From assembly GCA_963665125.2 (NCBI GenBank), contig CAXXUK010000001.1:1952001-2016000 (forward strand): 64,000 nucleotides of DNA, given 5' to 3'. This stretch comes from an uncultured Desulfarculus sp. GTDB taxonomy: Bacteria > Desulfobacterota > Desulfarculia > Desulfarculales > Desulfarculaceae. Positions 31,737 to 39,209 of the stretch are shown here, piece by piece. The notes below the pieces were generated by a model, which saw only the letters and a list, made by a program, of their open reading frames with translations, was not told the DNA's origin and ran no database searches. Each line of letters begins with the position of its first letter. Position 1 is the stretch's first letter. A program made the position numbers and the translations under genes.

Positions 31737-32357
31737 ATGGGGGTTGGTATGCTCAATATTCTTGAATCTATTGCTGTATTCGCAGCCGGAACCTACGGCA
31801 TTCTACACGCCCGTTCAAAAGGCATGGACTTGGTCGGCGTTTTCACCATCGCCTTTTTAACCACCTTGGGTGGGGGAACGCTTCGAGACCTAATTCTTTC
31901 CCGCGACCCCATTTTTTGGGTCCGGCATCAGGAATATGCCATCAGTGTTTTTATATTGGTCATCCTGACAAGTTTTATCAGAAAGTTGCCGCCGAAAGTG
32001 GAGCGCGTTTTGTACATCCCCGATGCCGTTGGCCTGGCACTATTTACTGTCGTGGGTACTGATTACGCCCTGCAGGCGGGTGTGCCACTTTTTTCGGCGG
32101 CCATTATCGGCGTTGTAAACGGTACTTTCGGCGGGGTCATTGCCGACATCATGTGCGACAAAATACCGAGCCTCTTTGTCGGCGGTGCGTTATACGCAAC
32201 TTGTGCCTTTCTTGGCACCTGGATATTTTTCGGTTTAATACACCTTTTCCCCGATTCTGATCTTCCCTATTTTGTTACGCTGGGCTTCATCATTGCATTG
32301 CGTTTGGCAGCCGTCCGCTGGGGTATTCAGCTAAAAGGCCTTGATTCTCTAACCTGA
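31737..32357 (+). CDS. TRIC / UPF0126 family membrane protein
   Basis: Duplicated GGGT.RD and GG...D motifs, DAVGLALF, LYAT; hydrophobic; lower GC than flanks. Confidence 0.88.
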   Translation: MGVGMLNILESIAVFAAGTYGILHARSKGMDLVGVFTIAFLTTLGGGTLRDLILSRDPIFWVRHQEYAISVFILVILTSFIRKLPPKVERVLYIPDAVGLALFTVVGTDYALQAGVPLFSAAIIGVVNGTFGGVIADIMCDKIPSLFVGGALYATCAFLGTWIFFGLIHLFPDSDLPYFVTLGFIIALRLAAVRWGIQLKGLDSLT

Positions 32358-32464
32358 GTAAAAAGGCTGCCGTTGACCATACGTATTAAATAAAAAAATA
32401 TCTCACATCCTTTTCCGACAGCCTGATTAGTGGGAAGTATTTTATTATTTATCGGCCTTGTTAT

Positions 32465-32749
32465 GGCTGCGACCCAGTCATTTACACTGGGGCGGTGGCC
32501 TTGGGCCTAGGCTCCTGTTGGCTAAAGGCCATCAACTACCCCAGTGCGTCCAAGAGCATGAACCTTCCCGAAGGCGTGACCCTGGACAGCATCGTAGCCC
32601 TTGGTTTTCCTGGCGAAACGCCCCAGGTGTTTGATTTGCAGCCGGGCCAGGGCGGTCTGGAGGTGATCAAGTATTGGCGCGACGAGCAGGAACAGCACTT
32701 CGTGCCCAAGCGGGCAATGGATGATCTGGTGCATTGGGAGGGGTATTAA
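32465..32749 (+). pseudogene. Displaced duplicate of the nitroreductase 3' half (att-like repeat)
   Basis: Near-identical to ~31063-31346 (ALGLGSCWLKAINYP...HWEGY*), no 5' half. Confidence 0.9.
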
Positions 32750-32896
32750 TAGGCCTCCCAGTTGAGCCCATTTGGTTGCTGATCAAACGGCTCGGCAGAG
32801 CCATTTTTTGTTTAAAACTGTCACCAACTGTCACACCGACAAACGTTGAGCAAAAAGAGCCAAGCATCACGCTTGGCTCTCCATATTTCAAACGCT

Positions 32897-33013
32897 TTAG
32901 TTTTCATCGTCGCCGTTCAGGTCGGGCAGCATGCTTGCCGCACGCTCTTGGGCACCTGAGACAACGTGACTATATACGTTTAGCGTTGTGCTGAGTTTTT
33001 TGTGGCCAAGCTG
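32897..33013 (-). pseudogene. Tyrosine integrase C-terminal remnant, copy 2
   Basis: QLGHKKLSTTLNVYSHVVSGAQERAASMLPDLNGDDEN*: box II LGH..TT..Y.H with catalytic Tyr. Confidence 0.8.
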
Positions 33014-33139
33014 GTAATGACGATGCTTCTCGTGTACCTCGTGCGACAATGCACCAAGGGTGGTGGAAAGAGGCATACCTGTCTCCTTAATTTTGTCTCA
33101 GATTGGATTTTGGGGAATTGGGGAAGGATGGATGGAAGA

Positions 33140-33328
33140 TTACCGACGGAGCAATCTGAGGGCGATTGCCGCCAAAATTCGCATGGTCTTGCCCTTGGTC
33201 TCAATGATTATGGGGAACGTGGATTTGACCGTGGCCTTGGCGATCTGAACGCCTCCTTCCTGAATGATGCCTTTGACAGCTTTTTGGGTTACGCTGGCAG
33301 AATTGTCCTGTGTGTCTTGGTTTTTCAT
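33140..33328 (-). CDS. Small hypothetical protein
   Basis: 62-aa ORF in low-GC DNA with protein-like composition; no motif recognised. Confidence 0.3.
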   Translation of the reverse strand: MKNQDTQDNSASVTQKAVKGIIQEGGVQIAKATVKSTFPIIIETKGKTMRILAAIALRLLRR

Positions 33329-33489
33329 GTTTTTCTCATGAAATAAGGGGCGAATAGATTTCAGGATTTAATATGTATAGTTGGATTAGGTGGTTGGCTG
33401 GAGGGGAAGGCTGGGTTGATGGTTTCTTAGCATATGGTTGAAGTCACATGAGTTACTGAGGATGGAGCCTTGCTGATGCTCCCTTGTAT

Positions 33490-33677
33490 CAAAACCAGAA
33501 CCGATTTACGGCTTGGGCCTTGCCGCGCGCCAGGACATGCGCCGGGCCGTATTCGAGTATATCGAGGTTGACTACAACCGTAACAGGAGGCACAGTGCCA
33601 ACGGCTACATCAGCCCGCTGGCCTTTGAAAACCAAATCGCTGCCTAATCGACTGTCCGTTATTCCTGGGTTAGATAA
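33490..33677 (+). mobile_element. IS3-family remnant (transposase C-terminus and right end)
   Basis: RQDMRRAVFEYIEVDYNRNRRHSANGYISPLAFENQIAA* (stop 33645-33647) followed by IR-like CTGTCCGTTATTCCTGGGTTAGATAA. Confidence 0.82.
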
Positions 33678-33881
33678 AACAGACCACGCTCACAGAAGGG
33701 CAACGTATTGGCGGGCATCACCGACGGTATTCCATCTTCAACGCCATGGACGAATCGCCAACTTGTCCGGGCCCCGTAATCCTGGACGGGGCCATGCCGC
33801 GCATCAGGCCGCGCTGGCCAACGATTCCCAGGGCAGGCGGGATATACGCTGACTCCTTTTACCAAGGAGCCAGGCAACCGG

Positions 33882-34613
33882 TCAAAGGTTGGTTGGCTTG
33901 ACCATCAACAAACCGGCAGCCTGGGGCGGCAGCCAAAAGCGCAGCCCCTCCAGCGTCGAAACCGCCACGGGGTCCTTGGTGGCCACTCTCACGGTCTGGG
34001 CAGGCCGTACTTGTTCCAGGACCAGGTTGGCGCCCGGCGCGATCCCCATGATTTTGATGCGGCCCTGGGCGCCTTGGCCGCCCAATATCCTCTCCACTGT
34101 GAACGGCTTTGCCGCCGCGGCCGCGGCAAATTGCATTTTTCGCCCCTGGCACAGGCCCCAGAGTTTGGCGGCCATCCCGCCAGGCAGGCTGATGCGCCGC
34201 TTTTGTTCAACGAGAGCGGCGTATTCCATGGGCGGCAACCTGCGCAGCAACTCCACCGTATCATTTTCCTTTAGGCCAAGGACGGCAAAGGTCTCGGCAA
34301 GGGCGGAATCCGGATTTACCGTTATTCCCTCCAAATGGCCCCTGTTGCCGGGTTGCATATCCAATAGCGATACGATTTCGCCGTCATCAAGATGTACGAC
34401 CAGCCCGGAGGCCATGTTGCCGGTAAGGATGACCTCGCCCTTTGGTCCGCGAATCCTCATGGGTTGCACAACCGATACATCGGGTTCCAGCCGGATTAAC
34501 TGTGTCCCATGCCGGATTCCCAATTTTCCAAGCTCACTTGCCAGGCCCTGATTGCGCACCGCAACCACCAACAGGGGCTGGCCCGTGGGAGCATCATTCA
34601 AGGCAATGGTCAT
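33882..34613 (-). CDS. feoA: Multi-FeoA-domain protein
   Basis: Three L..LGI..G-type SH3/FeoA repeats (LGKLGIRHG, AVLGLKEN, IMGIAPG); ATGA overlap with the upstream ATPase. Confidence 0.75.
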   Translation of the reverse strand: MTIALNDAPTGQPLLVVAVRNQGLASELGKLGIRHGTQLIRLEPDVSVVQPMRIRGPKGEVILTGNMASGLVVHLDDGEIVSLLDMQPGNRGHLEGITVNPDSALAETFAVLGLKENDTVELLRRLPPMEYAALVEQKRRISLPGGMAAKLWGLCQGRKMQFAAAAAAKPFTVERILGGQGAQGRIKIMGIAPGANLVLEQVRPAQTVRVATKDPVAVSTLEGLRFWLPPQAAGLLMVKPTNL

Positions 34614-36775
34614 GTTTCCAGCTTTCTACTTCGGTTGGTGACTGGCAACGCCTTTATTTCCTGCGGAACATCGCGTTCCAGGCCCCCTGGCGGGGCCAGG
34701 CTGGCGTGGGCGCCATAGCCCAGAATGGCAATGGTGCTGGTGTTGTGCATTACGGCCGAGGCCAGCGGCGACAACAGGCCCAGACTGGCCATTCCCAGGA
34801 TGGCGCTGTTAAGGCCGATGGTTGCGTTAAAGCTGTTTTGGAGCACCTTCTGGCTGTTGACGGCGATTCCCCTGGCAGCCAAAAGGCCGTTGAGGTCGTC
34901 ATGGATCAGCACCACCCTGGCCGACTCCTTGGCCAGGTCGGCGCCGCCGGGCATGCACACACCCACATCGGAGGTCACCATTGCCGGCGCATCGTTGACT
35001 CCGTCGCCGATAAATACGACCTTGCGGCCCTGTTCTTGCAATTCCTTGACAATGCGGGACTTGTCTTCGGGCCTGAGTTCCCAGTGGATTTGATCAACGC
35101 CTTCCAGGCGCTTGGCCAGTTTCCGGGCCGTGTCCCGGTGGTCTCCGGTGAGCACCACCAATTGTTCGGCGCCCATCTGTTTCAGTCCCTTGAGCACATC
35201 CAACGCCTCGGGCCGCATCTGGTCCTTGAGGGTAATGATCCCCTCCAGATGGGTTTCATGGGCCACATACAGGATGGATTTCCCGCCGGCCCGCAATTGT
35301 CTGGCCGTCTCGTCGGCCGCCGAACAATCCACACTCTCGTCCTCGGCCACAAAATGATAACTGCCCACCAGGACCCGTTCGCCATTGACATAGGCGGACA
35401 CGCCGTGGGCCACGATAAAGTCCACCTGGGTCAGGGCCGGAAGGGCCAGACCGCGTTTTTGGGCGGCCGTCACCACGGCCCGGCCCACCGGGTGGCCGTA
35501 GTGCTCCTCGGCGCTGGCAGCCAGGGCCAACAGCTCGTCGGCGTTCATGTCATCCATGGGGATGACTTCGTCCACCTCCAGAGCCCCGGTGGTGAGGGTG
35601 CCGGTCTTGTCAAAGACAAAGGTGTCGGCCCCGGCAAAGGCCTCCAGGGCCTGGGCCCCCTTGATGATAACGCCGTGCCGGCCCGCGCTGTAAAGGCTGC
35701 TTTTGACCACCACGGGGCTGGCCAGCTTAAGCACGCAGGAGTAATCCACGGTCAGAACCGAGGCCGCCCGGCGGATGTCCCTGGTCAGGACAAACTGGGC
35801 TCCGGCCAGGCCCAAGCTCACCGGCACCAGCCTGTCGGCAAGGCGGGAAATCTTCAGCTCCGGCTCGGATTTTTCGCGCACGGATTGCTCCATGAAGCGG
35901 TGCATCCGGGCCATGGTGGTGGAGTTGCCCACGTTACGGGCCAGGATGGTGATGCGTCCCTCCTCCACCACCGAACCGGAGGTCACGGCATCGCCCGGCT
36001 GAACGCTGTCGGGTATGGACTCGCCGGTGATCGAGCTCTTGTTGATGGACGCCTCTCCCTGGCTAACCTCGCCGTCCACGGGGATCATCTCACCCGGACC
36101 GCAGACCACCAGATGACCGATCTCCAGTTCATTGGCCGGTATTGAAACCTCCACGCCGTCCTTTTCGATCCACACCGTTTCCACTTGCGGACGCATCAGG
36201 CTCTTGAGCAGTTCAGTGGACTTATAATCGCTGACCTGCTCCAGGTAACGGCCTAGGGCCAGGAGGGTGACGATGGCGTTGGAGGTGAAATAGTCCCGCC
36301 TCATAAGACTAATGCTCACCGCCGTGGCATCGAGAATCTCCACCTTGAGACCCCGGCTGATCAGGGTTTTCACGCCTTCGAGCAAGGTGGGCACAGCCGT
36401 CAGCCAACTCAGGGCGGCCTTGACCGACCAGGGCAACATCGGTGAAAGCAAGGTAAAGGCCGCCAAGGAGATCAGGGTGGAACGCTCCACCGCCCCCTGC
36501 TCCCTAAGTTCGGAAAGAAAGGCCTCGCGCGGGATGTGGCCCAGCATTTCCAGGCATTCTTGTTTGGTCTGGTCTTTGCCGTCGTATTGCAGCACTATGC
36601 TGGCCGCGCGCGCGTTGATCCGCGCATCCTTTACGCCCGGCACGGCCAGCAGGATCGCCCGGAGGTATTGCTGGTCCAGGGTCGGGTCGGCCGCCCTGGG
36701 GTAGCGCAGGCGCAGCCGACCCGGTATTTCATGCAGCACGCTGACGAACGCCTTGATTCCCTGGTAAGAGTTCAA
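34610..36775 (-). CDS. fezB: P1B-6-type ATPase, ferrosome FezB-like
   Basis: N-terminal PGRLRLR, TGES, DYSC (35735-35746), DKTGTLT, GDGVND, HNTST (34733-34747). Confidence 0.82.
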   Translation of the reverse strand: MNSYQGIKAFVSVLHEIPGRLRLRYPRAADPTLDQQYLRAILLAVPGVKDARINARAASIVLQYDGKDQTKQECLEMLGHIPREAFLSELREQGAVERSTLISLAAFTLLSPMLPWSVKAALSWLTAVPTLLEGVKTLISRGLKVEILDATAVSISLMRRDYFTSNAIVTLLALGRYLEQVSDYKSTELLKSLMRPQVETVWIEKDGVEVSIPANELEIGHLVVCGPGEMIPVDGEVSQGEASINKSSITGESIPDSVQPGDAVTSGSVVEEGRITILARNVGNSTTMARMHRFMEQSVREKSEPELKISRLADRLVPVSLGLAGAQFVLTRDIRRAASVLTVDYSCVLKLASPVVVKSSLYSAGRHGVIIKGAQALEAFAGADTFVFDKTGTLTTGALEVDEVIPMDDMNADELLALAASAEEHYGHPVGRAVVTAAQKRGLALPALTQVDFIVAHGVSAYVNGERVLVGSYHFVAEDESVDCSAADETARQLRAGGKSILYVAHETHLEGIITLKDQMRPEALDVLKGLKQMGAEQLVVLTGDHRDTARKLAKRLEGVDQIHWELRPEDKSRIVKELQEQGRKVVFIGDGVNDAPAMVTSDVGVCMPGGADLAKESARVVLIHDDLNGLLAARGIAVNSQKVLQNSFNATIGLNSAILGMASLGLLSPLASAVMHNTSTIAILGYGAHASLAPPGGLERDVPQEIKALPVTNRSRKLET

Positions 36776-36776
36776 A

Positions 36777-37037
36777 CTATACGCTCCGGCTCCGGTTGCC
36801 GTACAAGGAGTAGTGCCACAACGAAAAGCCGATCAGGGCCAGGCCGGACGCAACGTGAAAGGTCCGCACGGCCGGGCTTTTGTTGCCCAGGCCCTCCATG
36901 ATCCCGGTAGCGGTCAGCACGCCCATGGATGTGGTCATGCCGGCCTTGGCCAGGGAGCGCCGCCGTTTCAGGTCGCCGGCCCGGCAGGCCGGATTCAGCC
37001 GCATTACCGGATGCTGGTTGGTGACCATATCAAACAT
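36777..37037 (-). CDS. Small membrane protein of the fez-like operon
   Basis: KAGMTTSMGVLTATG..HVASGLALIGFSLWH, two hydrophobic segments with His residues; coupled to neighbouring genes. Confidence 0.7.
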   Translation of the reverse strand: MFDMVTNQHPVMRLNPACRAGDLKRRRSLAKAGMTTSMGVLTATGIMEGLGNKSPAVRTFHVASGLALIGFSLWHYSLYGNRSRSV

Positions 37038-37425
37038 CACTCGTTTCTTCTTGGGCCGCCGCCTTTTGCTCTTTTTTGAACTGCATCTCAGCCTTGATGT
37101 CGTTGATCTGCTCCTTGACTTCCTCGACGCCGTATTGCAGGCCGGACCACGCCTTGGCCACGCCCTTGAGCAGGCTTTTTTGCACCGTGGGGTTGGCCAC
37201 AAGCAAGGTGACCCCGGCGGCGATCAGCAATCCCTTGATGTAGCTGGGGTTTTTAAAGTCAAACCAGCCGCCTTGCGCCGGTTGCTGATACACGGGATAT
37301 CCGGGGTATTGGGCATAGCCCGCCTGGCTGTATTGGCCTGCCGGATACACGCCGTATTGGTTGTAATAATTGGCCTGGGCGTCTCCCTGGGGGAGATAGG
37401 CATAGTTTTTGTCGTAATTGTTCAT
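37030..37425 (-). CDS. FezA/YtxH-like small membrane protein with Tyr/Gln-rich N-terminus
   Basis: YIKGLLIAAGVTLLVANP followed by amphipathic helix EEVKEQINDIKAE. Confidence 0.78.
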   Translation of the reverse strand: MNNYDKNYAYLPQGDAQANYYNQYGVYPAGQYSQAGYAQYPGYPVYQQPAQGGWFDFKNPSYIKGLLIAAGVTLLVANPTVQKSLLKGVAKAWSGLQYGVEEVKEQINDIKAEMQFKKEQKAAAQEETSDV

Positions 37426-37475
37426 GGCTCATGAATCCCTTTTAGTTTCAATGGATGCACCGAGCTGGCCGCCGG

Positions 37476-37910
37476 TCACTTCTTTGCCGTTGTTTTGGCG
37501 GCCTTGGCCTTTGCCGGAGCCGGTGTTTCTGGGGCGGCCTCCACCAGCGCGGGCTGCGGTTCATTGGCCCCGAAGGCCGAGTTCCACAGGTATTTCACCC
37601 CGGTGGCCACGCCGAACATGGCCAGCAGCGAGACGAAGCCGCCCAGGCTCGCGGCGCCGGCCACGCAAGCGCCCGCGGCCGTGGCCACGCCGGTGCCGGC
37701 CGCCTCCCTGACCACCTCGCCCACGGCCTGGCCGGCGTCGATCTGCTTGTTTTTAACCATGGGGATGGCCTGGGCCGCCGCCAGTGCACCGCCGACAATG
37801 GCGCCCATGGCGCCAAAGTTCCAAACCGGGCGGGCGGCCAATCCAGTCATGCCGGCGGGGCTGCCGTTGACGCCGGTCTGATAATAAGATGTTGGATGAT
37901 GTTGGGTCAT
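37476..37910 (-). CDS. GxxxG-rich (MamC-like) membrane protein
   Basis: GAMGAIVGG, AAGTGVATAAG, ATGVKYLW; RBS GGGAG. Confidence 0.78.
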   Translation of the reverse strand: MTQHHPTSYYQTGVNGSPAGMTGLAARPVWNFGAMGAIVGGALAAAQAIPMVKNKQIDAGQAVGEVVREAAGTGVATAAGACVAGAASLGGFVSLLAMFGVATGVKYLWNSAFGANEPQPALVEAAPETPAPAKAKAAKTTAKK

Positions 37911-37912
37911 TC

Positions 37913-38770
37913 TTATTCTCCCAACCCCTCTGAGGGGGCGGTTTGGTCATCATTGCCAGGCCGGCCCGTCAGGCCGGAAAACATTCCCGATACGGCTTCT
38001 TTTATCGATGAATTGGAAAGCAGCAGGGCCAGACCGGCGCCCACCGCCGCGCCCTTCCAAAAACCGCTGTCCATTGAGCCCAAGAAACCGGCCACTTGCG
38101 ACATGTCGGGTTTTCCACTGACAATATCGTTAAACAAACCCATCATTTGGCCCAGCTGGGCGTCTTTCTGAAAAAAGGCCTGACCCATGGGCGAATTGGC
38201 CGGGCCAAAGCCAGGCTGAACGCCATAGGCCATGCCGGGCATGGGGCCAAAGGCGGCGCCAGGCATTGGACCCCACATCGGTCCGGGGTAGGGCCCCGGC
38301 ATGGGGCCGGGGTAGGGCCCCGGCATGGGGCCGGGATGCATGAAGTGGTGTTCACAATGGGGCTGGGGCCCCGGTTCGGCCGGTCTCATGCCTTTTGGCG
38401 ACGTGCCGGGTTGAGAGCCGCATGAACAACCGTCTTCATGACTCTCCGGCGCGGGAGCAAAATTATTGGCGCCGGGATAGCCTGTCATCGGGGCATAGCC
38501 GGGATATCCCACGCCTGGAGCCGGGCCGCCGACCATACCGGGTTGGCCTGCTTGTGATCCGCAAGAGCAATCGCCGGCGTGGTCGGCGATGGGGCCGTAT
38601 CCGGCGGGATAACCCGTTTGGGGCGCGGCCTGGGGCGGCTGTCGGTCGGCACCTCCTCCCTGGGGCTGGCCGCCGCCGTCCTGGCACGAGCATTCCTCGG
38701 CGACTCCTCCCTGGAAGCCCGGTTCAGGTCCCATTGCCGCGCCTTGTGTTGCTTCTTTTGTCATCATCAA
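37913..38770 (-). CDS. Pro/Gly/Cys-rich disordered protein with C-terminal GxxxG anchor (YtxH-like)
   Basis: Three CSC motifs, GPMPGPYP repeats, FWKGAAVGAGLALLLSN; RBS AGGAG. Confidence 0.78.
   Translation of the reverse strand: MMMTKEATQGAAMGPEPGFQGGVAEECSCQDGGGQPQGGGADRQPPQAAPQTGYPAGYGPIADHAGDCSCGSQAGQPGMVGGPAPGVGYPGYAPMTGYPGANNFAPAPESHEDGCSCGSQPGTSPKGMRPAEPGPQPHCEHHFMHPGPMPGPYPGPMPGPYPGPMWGPMPGAAFGPMPGMAYGVQPGFGPANSPMGQAFFQKDAQLGQMMGLFNDIVSGKPDMSQVAGFLGSMDSGFWKGAAVGAGLALLLSNSSIKEAVSGMFSGLTGRPGNDDQTAPSEGLGE
38283..38335. repeat. 24-bp tandem repeat (two copies) encoding PGPMPGPY
   Basis: CCGGGGTAGGGCCCCGGCATGGGG x2. Confidence 0.9.
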
Positions 38771-39123
38771 TTCTCCTGTGATAACGGTTTCATTTGCAGG
38801 CCGAGCAGGTCAGCCAGGTGTTCCACGAGTTGTTCCACGCGGTTTTCGTCCCTGGCTCTGAAAAGATCCTCGAACATCGCCGGGGCGATCATTCGCGGAT
38901 CGTATTCCAGCACCAGGGAACCGGCGTTTTTGTTGATTCTGCTGTTGATGATCGCCGGATGGCCGTTGCCCCGGCCCAGGTCGCCGAGATCGACTTGGGC
39001 GGCCAGCCGCAAGGCATCCGGCTGGATGAACAACGCAGGGTTCACCTTTATGCGTATCCGGCCGGGGATGTGGTGGGCGATCCTCAGGTAGCTCCTGAGT
39101 TTGATGAGGGTTGCGGTTTCCAT
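38767..39123 (-). CDS. Stand-alone HMA2-like domain protein (FezC/G-like)
   Basis: HHIPGRIRIK ... RIN..AGSLVLEYDP. Confidence 0.8.
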   Translation of the reverse strand: METATLIKLRSYLRIAHHIPGRIRIKVNPALFIQPDALRLAAQVDLGDLGRGNGHPAIINSRINKNAGSLVLEYDPRMIAPAMFEDLFRARDENRVEQLVEHLADLLGLQMKPLSQEN

Positions 39124-39209
39124 GTTGCGGTTGCTCTTTTGTCTTTATGCGGGCATATGCCGGTTAGATATTCGCAATTCATTCAGCCGATTATTGCCGC
39201 CAGTCGCAA

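Noticed and set aside
34442..36145. 567-aa plus-strand ORF
   Set aside because: Antisense to the FezB-like ATPase, no motifs; typical of high-GC DNA
37476..37910. Magnetosome island because of the MamC-like protein
   Set aside because: No core mam genes (mamA/B/E/K/M/Q) in the window; context fits a fez cluster
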